In this document: positions 51,731-62,139 of the stretch, one piece after another | How positions within the stretch are numbered: the first letter of the stretch is position 1 | Layout: every line of letters begins with the position of its first letter | Source: Alphaproteobacteria bacterium | Lineage (GTDB): Bacteria > Pseudomonadota > Alphaproteobacteria > Bin95 | Assembly: GCA_963665325.3 (NCBI GenBank) | Contig: OZ224045.1 | Location: 96,001-160,000, forward strand | DNA length: 64,000 nucleotides | Direction of reading: 5' to 3' | Made by a program: the position numbers and the translations under genes | Notes under the pieces: generated by a model | Database searches by the model: none | Told to the model about the DNA's origin: nothing | The model's input: the letters and a program-made list of their open reading frames with translations, nothing else

Positions 51731-53916
51731 TGTTCGCGCGCTTCGGGAACCATCCGGTCATGCGGAGGTGGGCCGCCTTCGCGTTTGCCGGCCTCGCGGC
51801 GTTTTCCGGTGTGCTCACCTACCTGGTGATGACCGGCACGGTGCCCGTCATTCCGCCGACCGTCCAGAATGTCGTCACCCTGCTCGTCATCGACCTCGTC
51901 CTGCTGGTGCTGCTGGCGACCGTGGTCGGATACCGGGTCGTGGCGCTCTGGCGCGCGCGGCGGCGTCGGCGGGGCGGCTCCCAGCTTCATGTGCGGCTCG
52001 CGGTGCTGTTCACCGTCGTTGCGGTCGTGCCGACGGCGCTTGTTGTGCTGTTTACCGTGCTTTTCTTCCACTACGGGCTACAGGGGTGGTTCAACCAGCG
52101 GGTCCAAACGGCGCTGGACCGCTCGCTGATCGTCGCCCAGGCTTATCTGGAGGAGCACCGGCGCGTGCTCGTCGCCGATGCGCTCGCCATGGCGAACGAC
52201 CTGAGCCGTGGCGGCCCTCTGTTGTTCGCCAATACCGACGGCCTGGAAAATGTCCTCGAGGCGCATGCGAGCGCGCGCTCGCTGTCCGATGCGCAGGTCC
52301 TGCAGGCCGGAGGGCGCGTTCTGGCGCGCTCGATGTTTTCGTTCGGAGCTATCTTCTCTCCCGTTCCCGAGTGGGCGCTGAATGCGGCCCGGCGCGGGGA
52401 AGTCGCGATCGTCGAAGACCGGGAAGGGGACCGCCTGGGGGCGTTGCTGCGTATCGCCGGCCTGGACGAAACCTTCCTCTATATCGGGCGGTATGTGGAC
52501 CCCATCGTCGTCAACCAGGTGACGCGGGTCCGGTCAGCAGTCGCCGAATACGCCGCCTTCGAAGGACGGCGTACGCAAGTCGAATATACCTTCGCAATGA
52601 TGTTCGCGACCGTGGCGGCCCTGTTCATCTTCGCCGCGATCTGGGTGGGCTTCAACTTCGCCGCACAGCTGGCGGAGCCGATCATGAACCTCATCTCGGC
52701 AGCTGACCGGGTGCGCGGCGGCGACCTGACCGCGCGGGTTCCGCTGAATGTAAGGGAGCGCGGGGAGATCGATGCGCTCGGCATTGCCTTCAACCGCATG
52801 ACCGGCCAGCTGGACCGCCAGCGCACCGCGCTCATCGACGCGAATCTTGAGCTGGAAGAACGGCGGCGCTTTACTGAGGCAGTGCTCGCCGGCGTCGCGG
52901 TAGGCGTGGTGGGACTGGACGCATTGCGCCGCGTCCATTTGCCGAACAGGGTCGCCTCCGACCTGCTGGGCGTGGACCTGATGGAAAACCTCCAGCGTCC
53001 GGTGACGGAGCTCGTTCCCGCATTCGGCGCGGCTCTGGACGCGGCGGCGCGGCGCCCGGACCGGTCGGTGGAAACCGAGATCCAGATCGAGCGCAACCGC
53101 GAACTGCGCACGTTCCAACTGCGCATAACGGCTGAGCTTTCGCCCGACGGGCTGGGCGGTTTCGTGCTGACATTTGCGGATATCACGGACCTGCAGCTGG
53201 CGCAACGTGCCGCGGCCTGGTCCGATGTAGCGCGCCGTATCGCCCACGAAATCAAGAACCCGCTTACACCGATCCAGCTGGCTGCAGAGCGGCTTGGCCG
53301 GCGCTATTCGAAACAGATCCGGGACGACCCGGAGACCTTTTCGCTATGCATCGACACCATCGTGCGCCAGGTGGACGACATGCGCCGTATGGTCAATGAG
53401 TTCGCTTCCTTCGCCCGCATGCCCGCTCCGGCGCCGGCGGAGGCGGATCTTGCCGATATCGTGCGCCGGGCGGTGTTCCTGCAGGAGGAGACGTCTGCGG
53501 ACGTCCGCATCGAAATGCGCCTGCCGGACGGGCCTGTCATGCAGATCTGCGATGCGCAACTGCTCGGACAGGCGATAACCAACCTCTTGCTCAACGCGAT
53601 GCAGGCCCTCGAAGGCGAAGGCGGGCGCGTGCTGGTTGGGCTTACCGAACTGTCCGACCGGACAGAGATATCGGTAGAGGACGACGGGCCCGGCTTTCCG
53701 GCCGAACTGCGTTTTCGATTGACGGAGCCTTATGTCACGACCAAGGGCCGGCGCGGCGCCGGCCTCGGACTTGCCATCGTCCAGAAGATCGTCGAGGATC
53801 AGGGTGCGGCGCTTCATCTGGAGGATGGCGAGGCTGGCGGCGCCCGCGTCCGGATCGTTTTCCGGCGCGGCGAGACTGCCGAGGAGCCGGAACGAGGCCG
53901 ACCTCACGATGCATGA
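51730..53916 (+). CDS. ntrY: Sensor histidine kinase NtrY
   Basis: TM segments, [28 protein letters not shown]. Confidence 0.94.
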   Translation: MFARFGNHPVMRRWAAFAFAGLAAFSGVLTYLVMTGTVPVIPPTVQNVVTLLVIDLVLLVLLATVVGYRVVALWRARRRRRGGSQLHVRLAVLFTVVAVVPTALVVLFTVLFFHYGLQGWFNQRVQTALDRSLIVAQAYLEEHRRVLVADALAMANDLSRGGPLLFANTDGLENVLEAHASARSLSDAQVLQAGGRVLARSMFSFGAIFSPVPEWALNAARRGEVAIVEDREGDRLGALLRIAGLDETFLYIGRYVDPIVVNQVTRVRSAVAEYAAFEGRRTQVEYTFAMMFATVAALFIFAAIWVGFNFAAQLAEPIMNLISAADRVRGGDLTARVPLNVRERGEIDALGIAFNRMTGQLDRQRTALIDANLELEERRRFTEAVLAGVAVGVVGLDALRRVHLPNRVASDLLGVDLMENLQRPVTELVPAFGAALDAAARRPDRSVETEIQIERNRELRTFQLRITAELSPDGLGGFVLTFADITDLQLAQRAAAWSDVARRIAHEIKNPLTPIQLAAERLGRRYSKQIRDDPETFSLCIDTIVRQVDDMRRMVNEFASFARMPAPAPAEADLADIVRRAVFLQEETSADVRIEMRLPDGPVMQICDAQLLGQAITNLLLNAMQALEGEGGRVLVGLTELSDRTEISVEDDGPGFPAELRFRLTEPYVTTKGRRGAGLGLAIVQKIVEDQGAALHLEDGEAGGARVRIVFRRGETAEEPERGRPHDA

Positions 53917-55291
53917 CATCCTGATCGTCGATGACGAGCACGACATCCGGCAACTGATTACCGGCGTCCTGGAAGACGAGGGCTTTGAAGCGCGCAGTGC
54001 AAGCAACAGCGACAAGGCGCTGGAAGAGTTGCAAAAGCGCCAGCCAAGCGTGCTGTTGCTCGATGTGTGGCTGGAGGGCAGCCGCCTGAGCGGCATGGAC
54101 CTGCTGCGCCATGTTCGGAAACGGCATACGGACCTGCCGGTTCTGATGATAAGCGGCCACGGCAGCATCGAGACCGCCGTCGCGGCGATCCGGAACGGGG
54201 CATACGATTTCGTCGAGAAGCCGTTTACCACCGACAGGCTGCTTCTGGCGCTTTCCCGCGCGATGGAGGCGTTCCGGCTGCGGCGTGAAAATGCCGAACT
54301 GCGATTGCATGCAGGCACTGTAACGGAACTGGTTGGCAGATCGGCGGAGATTACGCAAACACGGAGCTTGATCGAGCGCGTTGCCCCGACCGGAAGCCGC
54401 ATTCTTATTCAAGGGCCGCCGGGCAGCGGCAAGGAGGTAGCTGCACGGATGATCCATCGCTGCTCGCGCCGCAGCGAAGGGCCTTTCGTCGTGGCCAACT
54501 GCGCCATCATGGCTCCGGCGCGGCTCGAGGAAGAGTTGTTCGGCAGCGAAGAGGGCGCCGGCAAGACCGGCCTGCTGGAGCGCGCCCACGGCGGGACCCT
54601 GCTGCTGGACGAGATTGCGGACATGCCGCCCGAGACGCAGGACAAGATCGTCCGGGTTCTTCAGGAACAGACGTTCCTGCGCGTCGGGGGATCGCAAAGG
54701 GTCAGCGTCGACGTGCGCGTCATTGCAACTTCCAATCGCGATCTTGCAGCGGAAGTGGCGCAGGGCCGGCTGCGCCAGGACCTGTTCTACCGGCTCAACG
54801 TCGTCCCGCTGGAGATCGCCCCCTTGCGCCGACGCCGGGATGACATTCCTCGTCTTGTCAACTATTTCCTGGAGTTGTACGCTAGGCAGACCGGGTTGAA
54901 CCCGCCGGTCGTTGCCGAGGACGCAATGGCGGTGCTTCAGGCATATGACTGGCCGGGAAATGTCCGGGAGTTGCGCAATATCGTGGAGCGCCTCTCGATC
55001 CTGGCGCCGGGTGAGGGCGCCGGAACCCTGCGCGCCAGCGCGCTTCCTCCGGAACTTTGCAAGGATGCGCCCATCATCTCGCAATTCGAAAAGGGCGACG
55101 CGATGATGTCGCTGCCGTTGCGGGAAGCGCGAGAGATGTTCGAACGCGAATATCTGCTCGCCCAGATGCGCCGCTTCGGCAACAATATTTCGCAAACGGC
55201 GCAGTTCATCGGCATGGACCGCTCGACGTTGCACCGCAAACTCAAGGCTTCCAACGCCTCGCCCGCCGACGAGCGCGACCGGCCGCTGTGA
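53909..55291 (+). CDS. ntrX: Response regulator NtrX
   Basis: Receiver (ISGHG), AAA+ lacking GAFTGA, IGMDRSTLHRK; ATG at 53909. Confidence 0.94.
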   Translation: MHDILIVDDEHDIRQLITGVLEDEGFEARSASNSDKALEELQKRQPSVLLLDVWLEGSRLSGMDLLRHVRKRHTDLPVLMISGHGSIETAVAAIRNGAYDFVEKPFTTDRLLLALSRAMEAFRLRRENAELRLHAGTVTELVGRSAEITQTRSLIERVAPTGSRILIQGPPGSGKEVAARMIHRCSRRSEGPFVVANCAIMAPARLEEELFGSEEGAGKTGLLERAHGGTLLLDEIADMPPETQDKIVRVLQEQTFLRVGGSQRVSVDVRVIATSNRDLAAEVAQGRLRQDLFYRLNVVPLEIAPLRRRRDDIPRLVNYFLELYARQTGLNPPVVAEDAMAVLQAYDWPGNVRELRNIVERLSILAPGEGAGTLRASALPPELCKDAPIISQFEKGDAMMSLPLREAREMFEREYLLAQMRRFGNNISQTAQFIGMDRSTLHRKLKASNASPADERDRPL

Positions 55292-55301
55292 TGCCCCGGC
55301 C

Positions 55302-56678
55302 ATGCGTGTGATCGTCTGCGGCGCCGGGCAAGTGGGCGTGAATATCGCCCGCTACCTGGCGGCGGAGCACAATGACGTTACGGTCGTGGACCAGTCGTCG
55401 GAACTAATCGAACAACTGGCCGAGACCCTGGATATCCGGGCAGTCGCCGGCCACGCTTCCAGTCCCGACGTGCTGGCCCGGGCGGGGGCGGAAGACGCGG
55501 ACATGCTGATTGCCGTTACGCTCGTCGATGAGATCAACATGATCGCGTGCCAGGTTGCGCATTCCCTGTTCAACATTCCGACCAAGATCGCCCGAATCCG
55601 TCGCCCGTCCTATCTCGACGGGCACTGGGCCGACATGTTTGCGCGCGAGGGGATGCCGATAGACACGATCATCTCTCCCGAGCGCGAGGTCGCCAGCGCG
55701 ATCATGCGGAGGTTGTCCCGGCCGGGCGCCACCGAAATGCTGCCGTTCGCGGACGGGCGGGTCCGGCTCATCGGGGTCCGCCTCGAAGACACCTGCCCGA
55801 TCGTCAACACGCCGCTGCGCCAGTTGACGGCGCTGTTCCCGGACCTGAGCATCAATGTCGTCGGCATCGTGCGCGCGGAGCGGAACTTCGTTCCCAAGGC
55901 GCGCGACCAGATGCTGGTCGGCGACGAAGTCTATTTCGTCGTGGACAACGCCCATGTGGCGCGGGCGATGGCGGCGTTCGGCCACGAGGAAAAAGAGGCC
56001 GACCGCGCGGTCATCATCGGGGGCGGCAATATCGGCCACAGGCTGGCGAGCCTGATAGAAGCGGAACTCCCGCATGTGCGCCTGCGGCTGATCGAACGCG
56101 ACCGCGCGAAGGCCGCCGAACTGACCGATACATTGCGGCGAACCACAGTGTTGCAGGGCGATGCGCTTTCCGAAGAGCTTATGGAAGAAGCCAATTTCGA
56201 GAATGCGGACCTGACGATCGCGTTGACCGATGACGACGAGACAAACATTCTCGCCTCTCTGCTTGCCAAGCGGGCCGGGTCGTCGCGCACCGTTGCGCTT
56301 ATCAACAAGTCCGCTTACAGCGCACTGATAAGTCCGCTCGACATCGATGTCGTCATCAATCCCCGCGCGATCACCGTCTCCCAGATTCTGCAGCATGTAC
56401 GCCGCGGGCGCGTCCTGGCGGCGTTTTCGATAGGGGACGATTTCGGCGAGGCGCTGGAAGTGGAGATCCTCGAAACCTCAGTCGTGGCAGACAAGGACCT
56501 GAGAGTTCTCAAGATGCCCGCCGGCTCCATTGTGGGGGCTATTCTGCGCGGCGACGATGTTATTATTCCCCGCGGACGCACCCTTATCCGCGCGGGGGAC
56601 CGGGTCGTACTGTTCTCGATGGCGGGTGTGCTCAAGCGGGTTGAACAGATGTTCGCCGTGCGCCTCGAATTCTTCTAG
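55302..56678 (+). CDS. trkA: Trk potassium uptake protein TrkA
   Basis: Two RCK domains (GAGQVG, GGGNIG). Confidence 0.96.
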   Translation: MRVIVCGAGQVGVNIARYLAAEHNDVTVVDQSSELIEQLAETLDIRAVAGHASSPDVLARAGAEDADMLIAVTLVDEINMIACQVAHSLFNIPTKIARIRRPSYLDGHWADMFAREGMPIDTIISPEREVASAIMRRLSRPGATEMLPFADGRVRLIGVRLEDTCPIVNTPLRQLTALFPDLSINVVGIVRAERNFVPKARDQMLVGDEVYFVVDNAHVARAMAAFGHEEKEADRAVIIGGGNIGHRLASLIEAELPHVRLRLIERDRAKAAELTDTLRRTTVLQGDALSEELMEEANFENADLTIALTDDDETNILASLLAKRAGSSRTVALINKSAYSALISPLDIDVVINPRAITVSQILQHVRRGRVLAAFSIGDDFGEALEVEILETSVVADKDLRVLKMPAGSIVGAILRGDDVIIPRGRTLIRAGDRVVLFSMAGVLKRVEQMFAVRLEFF

Positions 56679-56698
56679 GGACAGCGAAGGAAGCTGGA

Positions 56699-57562
56699 TT
56701 GGCCAGAATCGCTTATGTCAACGGTCGCTATGTGCCGCATCGCGAGGCGGCGGTGCATGTGGAGGATCGCGGCTACCAGTTCGCCGACGGGGTTTACGAG
56801 GTCATCGCCGTGCGCGCCGGCCGGTTCGTCGATGCCGGCCCGCATCTCGACCGGCTGGACCGCTCGCTAGGCGAGTTACGGATAGCGCCGCCGATGGAGC
56901 GCACTGCGTTGCATCATGTGTTGAACGAGGTACGGCGGCGCAACCGCATAGAAAACGGCATTGTCTATCTCCAGGCGACGCGCGGCGTTGCGCGCCGAGA
57001 CCATCCTTTCCCGGCAGAGGCCGATACGGCCCTGGTGGTGACCGGCAGCCGCAAGCCGCCGCCCAATCCGGGAATCCTGGAAACCGGGGTCGATGCCGTC
57101 TCGGTGCCGGATAACCGCTGGAAGCGCTGCGATATCAAATCGGTTTCCCTGCTGCCCAATATCCTGGCCAAGCAGACGGCGCGCGAGGCCGGCGCCTATG
57201 AGGCCGTGTTCGTGGACGAGCAGGGCTTCGTCACCGAGGGCAGCTCGACCAATGTCTGGATCGTGACCTCGGGCGGCGAGTTGCTCACTCGGGAGCTCGA
57301 CCACGGCATTCTGGCGGGCGTCACGCGCGGAACCGTCGTCAAGCTGGCCGAGAGCCTGGGCCTTTCTTTCGCCGAACGCCGCTTCACGATCGAAGAGGCG
57401 AGACGCGCCCGCGAAGCCTTCGTCACCAGCGCGACATCCTATGTGACGCCCGTGGTGCGGATTGACGAATCCACGATCGGAAACGGCAAGCCCGGCTCGA
57501 CCGCCCACGCCCTGTTCGAGGTCTATGCGCGCTATATGGAGCGGGGAGACGCCGCTGCATGA
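56699..57562 (+). CDS. dat: D-amino-acid transaminase (PLP fold IV)
   Basis: EDRGYQFADGVYEV, DIKSVSLL, EGSSTN, ILAGVTR; TTG start. Confidence 0.92.
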   Translation: MARIAYVNGRYVPHREAAVHVEDRGYQFADGVYEVIAVRAGRFVDAGPHLDRLDRSLGELRIAPPMERTALHHVLNEVRRRNRIENGIVYLQATRGVARRDHPFPAEADTALVVTGSRKPPPNPGILETGVDAVSVPDNRWKRCDIKSVSLLPNILAKQTAREAGAYEAVFVDEQGFVTEGSSTNVWIVTSGGELLTRELDHGILAGVTRGTVVKLAESLGLSFAERRFTIEEARRAREAFVTSATSYVTPVVRIDESTIGNGKPGSTAHALFEVYARYMERGDAAA

Positions 57563-58191
57563 CGCGTCCCGTCGTCCTCTTCGACTGGGACGGGACGCTG
57601 GTGGACAATTGGCCGGTCATCCATGAGGCGCTCGGCATAGCCCGCGAGTCTTTCGGATTGCCGCCCTGGGCCTTCGCCGAGACCATGCGCCATGTATCCC
57701 GCTCGGGCCGCGAGAGTTTCCCGAAGATGTTCGGCGAAGAATGGCGCCGGGCGAGCGACATGTTCTATGCGGCGTTCGAAGCGCGCCATCTGGACGCGCT
57801 GATACTTCTGCCCGGCGCCGAGGCCTGCCTCGACCGTCTCGAAGCGGCAGGCTTTCCCCTTGCCGTCGTTTCCAACAAGAACGGCCTCTTTCTCCGCCGC
57901 GAAGCCGAGCGTCTCGGCTGGACCGGCCGGTTCGAAGCCCTGGTCGGGGCCGGCGACGCGCGCCTCGACAAGCCGGACGCTGCACCTGTCAGGATGGCCC
58001 TGGGCGGGCGGGCGGGATTTTGGCTCGTGGGGGATTCGGACACCGACATCCGCACGGCGCGCAATGCGGGCCTGCGCTCGGCCGTCGTGCCCTATGCCGG
58101 CGGACCCGCGTTGAGCCTGAATGCCGATGCGCTCTGCGACAGTCTGGCTGCGATCCCGGACCTTGTCGCCTTCTCGCACGGCATCAATTAG
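57559..58191 (+). CDS. HAD family hydrolase (Gph-like)
   Basis: FDWDGTLVD, VSNK, KPD, VGDSDTD. Confidence 0.9.
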   Translation: MTRPVVLFDWDGTLVDNWPVIHEALGIARESFGLPPWAFAETMRHVSRSGRESFPKMFGEEWRRASDMFYAAFEARHLDALILLPGAEACLDRLEAAGFPLAVVSNKNGLFLRREAERLGWTGRFEALVGAGDARLDKPDAAPVRMALGGRAGFWLVGDSDTDIRTARNAGLRSAVVPYAGGPALSLNADALCDSLAAIPDLVAFSHGIN

Positions 58192-58260
58192 AACTGGGAA
58201 GCTGTGGCGCTCTCCTTTACGGCCGGGCAGCCTTCCTTATGCGAGCCGGGGTCAACGCCG

Positions 58261-58509
58261 ATGTCGTCTGCCCAGAAAAACAGGAACCTCCAGGACCTTT
58301 TCCTCAATCGCATCCGGAAGGAGAAGGCGCCGGTTACGGTGTTCCTCATCAACGGGGTTAAACTGCAGGGCCTTGTGGTTTCGTTCGACAACTTTTCGGT
58401 GCTGCTCCGCCGCGACGGCCATTCGCAACTGATCTACAAGCACGCGATCTCGACCATCATGCCCTCGACGTCGATCAAGATCTTCGACCCGGAAGACGAG
58501 CCGGCTTGA
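58261..58509 (+). CDS. hfq: RNA chaperone Hfq
   Basis: [24 protein letters not shown]; ATG at 58261. Confidence 0.97.
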   Translation: MSSAQKNRNLQDLFLNRIRKEKAPVTVFLINGVKLQGLVVSFDNFSVLLRRDGHSQLIYKHAISTIMPSTSIKIFDPEDEPA

Positions 58510-59774
58510 GCGAAGCCGCGCTCGTCATCCACCCGGTTGTCCGCAAGGACGCGCTCAGGGCGCCTGAGGCCCGTCTCGCGGAAGCCGTCCGGCTGACCGG
58601 GTCCATCGGTGTAGAGGTTTCGGCGACCCGCATCGTGCGTCTTGCCCGCCCCCGGCCGGCGACCTTGCTCGGCAACGGCGCGATCGACGATGTGAAGGAG
58701 GCGCTGGCCGGGGAAGAAGCGGGCCTCGTTGTCGTGGACGGCGCATTGACGCCAGTGCAGCAACGGAATCTGGAGCGGGCGTGGGACGCCAAGGTCATCG
58801 ACCGCACGGGCCTCATCCTGGAGATATTCGGCGCCCGGGCCCGCACGCGGGAAGGCGTGCTGCAGGTGGACCTCGCTGCGCTCAGCTACCAGCGGACCCG
58901 CCTGGTCAGGTCTTGGACGCATCTCGAGCGCCAGCGCGGCGGAGCGGGCTTCCTCGGAGGGCCGGGCGAAGCCCAGATCGAGATTGACCGCCGGCTGATC
59001 GACGAAAAGATCGTCAAGCTGAAGCGCCAATTGGAGGATGTCCGGCGCACGCGCGGCATCCAGCGCCGGGCCCGCAGGCGCGTGCCGTTCCCGGTCGTCG
59101 CGCTCGTGGGCTACACCAACGCGGGCAAGTCCACCCTGTTTAACCGCCTGACCGACGGCGACGTTCTTGCGCAGGACCAGCTCTTCGCCACATTGGATCC
59201 GACCATGAGGGGGCTCGACCTTCCGTCCGGCCGGCGGGCGATCCTGTCGGACACGGTGGGCTTCATCTCGGACCTGCCGACGCAGCTCGTCGCAGCCTTC
59301 CGCGCGACCTTGGAAGAGGTGGTCGAAGCGGACCTCATCCTGCATGTCCGCGACATTGCCGACCCGGACACCGCCGCGCAGAAGCACGATGTCGATCTCG
59401 TGCTCGACGAACTCGAAGCGCACCTCACGCCCCGGATGGAGCTGTGGAACAAGATCGACCTGCTCGATGCGCCGCCTGCGATGAATGGCGGGGTCCCGGT
59501 CTCGGCAGTGACGGGGCAGGGCGTCGAGGACCTGCTCGAGGCCGTGGACGCGGAGCTCTCGCGCTCCCGGAGCGTCTGCGACTTCGTCTTGCCTCCCGAT
59601 GACGGAGCGGCGATCGCCTGGCTCTATCGGCATGGCGATGTGCAGCGGCGCGAAGACGGCGACGACGGGGTGTCGCTGACGGTCTCGCTCGACCCGGCGG
59701 ACCGGGCGCGGTTCGAACGGCAGTTTCAGCCGGAACGCAACAGCCTGACCCCGGCATCGCGCTCGAAGAGATAG
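58506..59774 (+). CDS. hflX: GTPase HflX
   Basis: [24 protein letters not shown]. Confidence 0.96.
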   Translation: MSEAALVIHPVVRKDALRAPEARLAEAVRLTGSIGVEVSATRIVRLARPRPATLLGNGAIDDVKEALAGEEAGLVVVDGALTPVQQRNLERAWDAKVIDRTGLILEIFGARARTREGVLQVDLAALSYQRTRLVRSWTHLERQRGGAGFLGGPGEAQIEIDRRLIDEKIVKLKRQLEDVRRTRGIQRRARRRVPFPVVALVGYTNAGKSTLFNRLTDGDVLAQDQLFATLDPTMRGLDLPSGRRAILSDTVGFISDLPTQLVAAFRATLEEVVEADLILHVRDIADPDTAAQKHDVDLVLDELEAHLTPRMELWNKIDLLDAPPAMNGGVPVSAVTGQGVEDLLEAVDAELSRSRSVCDFVLPPDDGAAIAWLYRHGDVQRREDGDDGVSLTVSLDPADRARFERQFQPERNSLTPASRSKR

Positions 59775-61810
59775 AGCAGGATTCTGAGCGCATCGCTGCG
59801 CGGGCCCGACAGGGACGGGTCGCGGTCCACGATCAGCCGCGCCTCGTCGCGGGCCATCCGCAGCATGTCTCCGTGCTCGTCGAGATCGGCGACCCGAAAA
59901 TCCGGCAATCCGCTCTGCCGCGTGCCCAGCAGTTCGCCCGCGCCCCGCAGTTCGAGGTCAGCCTCGGCGATGCGGAACCCGTCGTCGGTCTCCCTGAGCA
60001 GTCTGAGGCGTTTTTCCGCCGCGTCTCCGAGCGGCTCTCCGTAGAGCAGCAGGCAGGCGGCTGTCTGTCCGCCGCGACCGATGCGGCCGCGAAGCTGGTG
60101 CAGTTGCGCGAGGCCGAACCGTTCCGCCTGCTCAATGACCATGATGTCCGCAGCCGGGACATCGACGCCAACCTCGATGACGGTCGTGGCCACCAGCAGG
60201 CTTGCCGTTCCCTCCGTAAACGCCTTCATGGCAAGCGTCTTGCGGTCCGTCCCCATGCGGCCGTGTATGAGCGCCACGCGGTCGCCGAACGCCGGCTGCA
60301 GCGCCTCGAAGCGCGCTTCCGCGGCTGCGGCATCGGTCTTGTCGCTTTCTTCCACCAGCGGGCAAACCCAATAGGCGCGCCGCCCGTCATCCATCGCCAC
60401 CCGGATTCGCTCGACCACCCGCTCGATCTGCGCCATGCGCAGGACGCGCGTCTCGACCGGCTTGCGCCCGGGCGGCTTCTCGTCGAGGCGGGATGTGTCG
60501 AGGTCTCCGTAAGCCGTCATCAACAGGGTGCGCGGAATCGGCGTTGCCGTCATCGCAAGCGTGTGGACGTCCCTGCCCTTGTCGGTCAGCGCCAGCCGCT
60601 GCTCTACGCCGAACCGGTGCTGTTCGTCGATGACGGCAAGGCGCAAGTCGGCAAAGGAGACCGCCTCCTGGAACAGGGCGTGGGTTCCGACGGCGACCGG
60701 CAGCGCGCCGGAAGCCAGCGCCGCCAGGGTCATGCGACGCGGGCCGGCGCGGCCGCGGCCCGTCAACAGGCCGACCTCCATGCCCGCGGGGGCCAGAAGG
60801 GCGGACAGCGTTTCGAAATGCTGCTGGGCCAGGATTTCCGTGGGCGCCATGATCGCCGCCTGCCCGCCGGCGTCGTGTGCGGCTGCTGCGGCCAGTGCGG
60901 CCACGACCGTCTTGCCGCTGCCGACATCGCCCTGGAGCAGGCGCATCATGCGTTGGCCGGAGGCAAGGTCGCCGCCGATCTCCGCCAGCGACCGGCGCTG
61001 CGCGCCCGTCAGCGCGAAGGGCAGATGCGTTTCGACGGCCTCGAATGCGGTTCCGCCGAGCGGGTAGGGCCGGGCGGCGCTGCGGCGCTGATGGTGGCGC
61101 ACCAGCGCCATCGCCAGCTGGCTCGCCAGCAATTCGTCATAAGCCAGCCGGCGGCGGGCGGGGTGCCCGGCCAGCACGCCGGCCGCGTCTTCGGGGCGGT
61201 GGACGCTGCAAAGCGCCTTGCGAAAGGTAGGCCAGGCCTCGCGGGCCAGCACGGACGGCGATTGCCACTCCGGCGGCTCCGGGGCCGCATCGAGCGCCGA
61301 GTCGACGGCGCGGCGGTATATCCGCGGACCGAGCCCCTGGGTCGATGGATAGACCGGTTCCACGGCCATTGCCGGCGTCCATCTCTCTGGCCGTTCGATG
61401 ACGTCGGGATGGGCGATTTGCGGGGTCGAGCGGTACCATTCGACAAGCCCGCTCACCACCCGGGTCTCGCCGACCGGGAGTGCGGACGCCAGATAGTCGG
61501 CGCGCGCATTGAAGAACACGAGCTCGAGCATGCCGGTATCGTCCCGGCAACGCACCTTGTAGGGCAGGCGGGTACGGGGCGGGGGCGGGTTGTGCGCCTC
61601 GATGAGAAGGGTGAACGTGGCGATGCGGCCGTCCGGCGCCTCAGACACGGGAGGCGCGAAACGCCGGTCCACGAGCCCGGTCGGGAGCTTGAGGCACAGA
61701 TCGATCTTCCGCGGCCCCGCGACCCTGCCGATCAGGCTTGCGATTCGCGGCCCGACGCCTGCGATCGTCGTGACAGGCTCGAACAGGGGAAACAGGATTT
61801 CGGGTCGCAA
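59726..61810 (-). CDS. recG: ATP-dependent DNA helicase RecG
   Basis: LQGDVGSGKT, DEQHRFG, TATPIPRT, QLRGRIGR. Confidence 0.97.
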   Translation of the reverse strand: MRPEILFPLFEPVTTIAGVGPRIASLIGRVAGPRKIDLCLKLPTGLVDRRFAPPVSEAPDGRIATFTLLIEAHNPPPPRTRLPYKVRCRDDTGMLELVFFNARADYLASALPVGETRVVSGLVEWYRSTPQIAHPDVIERPERWTPAMAVEPVYPSTQGLGPRIYRRAVDSALDAAPEPPEWQSPSVLAREAWPTFRKALCSVHRPEDAAGVLAGHPARRRLAYDELLASQLAMALVRHHQRRSAARPYPLGGTAFEAVETHLPFALTGAQRRSLAEIGGDLASGQRMMRLLQGDVGSGKTVVAALAAAAAHDAGGQAAIMAPTEILAQQHFETLSALLAPAGMEVGLLTGRGRAGPRRMTLAALASGALPVAVGTHALFQEAVSFADLRLAVIDEQHRFGVEQRLALTDKGRDVHTLAMTATPIPRTLLMTAYGDLDTSRLDEKPPGRKPVETRVLRMAQIERVVERIRVAMDDGRRAYWVCPLVEESDKTDAAAAEARFEALQPAFGDRVALIHGRMGTDRKTLAMKAFTEGTASLLVATTVIEVGVDVPAADIMVIEQAERFGLAQLHQLRGRIGRGGQTAACLLLYGEPLGDAAEKRLRLLRETDDGFRIAEADLELRGAGELLGTRQSGLPDFRVADLDEHGDMLRMARDEARLIVDRDPSLSGPRSDALRILLYLFERDAGVRLLRSG

Positions 61811-61881
61811 CGCCCCGCCTCAGTGGCTGACATAGCTCGGCCGGCAATTTATACCACCCGGCATATCCAGGGGGCGAAGCG

Positions 61882-62139
61882 TTGAGGGACGATCTGGAAT
61901 ACCGGCGCAAGCGGCTGCGGTTCCGGGCCTGGCATCGGGGCACGAAAGAGGCTGACCTGCTGCTGGGCCCCTTCGCCGACGCCAGTCTGGACAGCCTGGA
62001 CGAGGACGGCCTCGAGTGCTTCGAGGCGCTTCTGGCCCGTTCCGACCCGGAGATCATGGCCTGGATGACCGGGGCGGCCGAGCCGCCTGACGATCCGGTC
62101 GTCGCGCGTCTTGTAGCCTCGGTGCCCAAGGCCGGATGA
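61882..62139 (+). CDS. sdhE: Succinate dehydrogenase assembly factor 2 (SdhE/Sdh5)
   Basis: RKRLRFRAWHRGTKEADL (RGxxE); conserved position between recG and mfd. Confidence 0.92.
   Translation: MRDDLEYRRKRLRFRAWHRGTKEADLLLGPFADASLDSLDEDGLECFEALLARSDPEIMAWMTGAAEPPDDPVVARLVASVPKAG

Noticed and set aside
54500-54600. NtrX lacking GAFTGA
   Set aside because: Normal for alphaproteobacterial NtrX
55302-57562. trkA without adjacent trkH
   Set aside because: The order ntrX-trkA-dat-hfq is common; trkH may lie elsewhere
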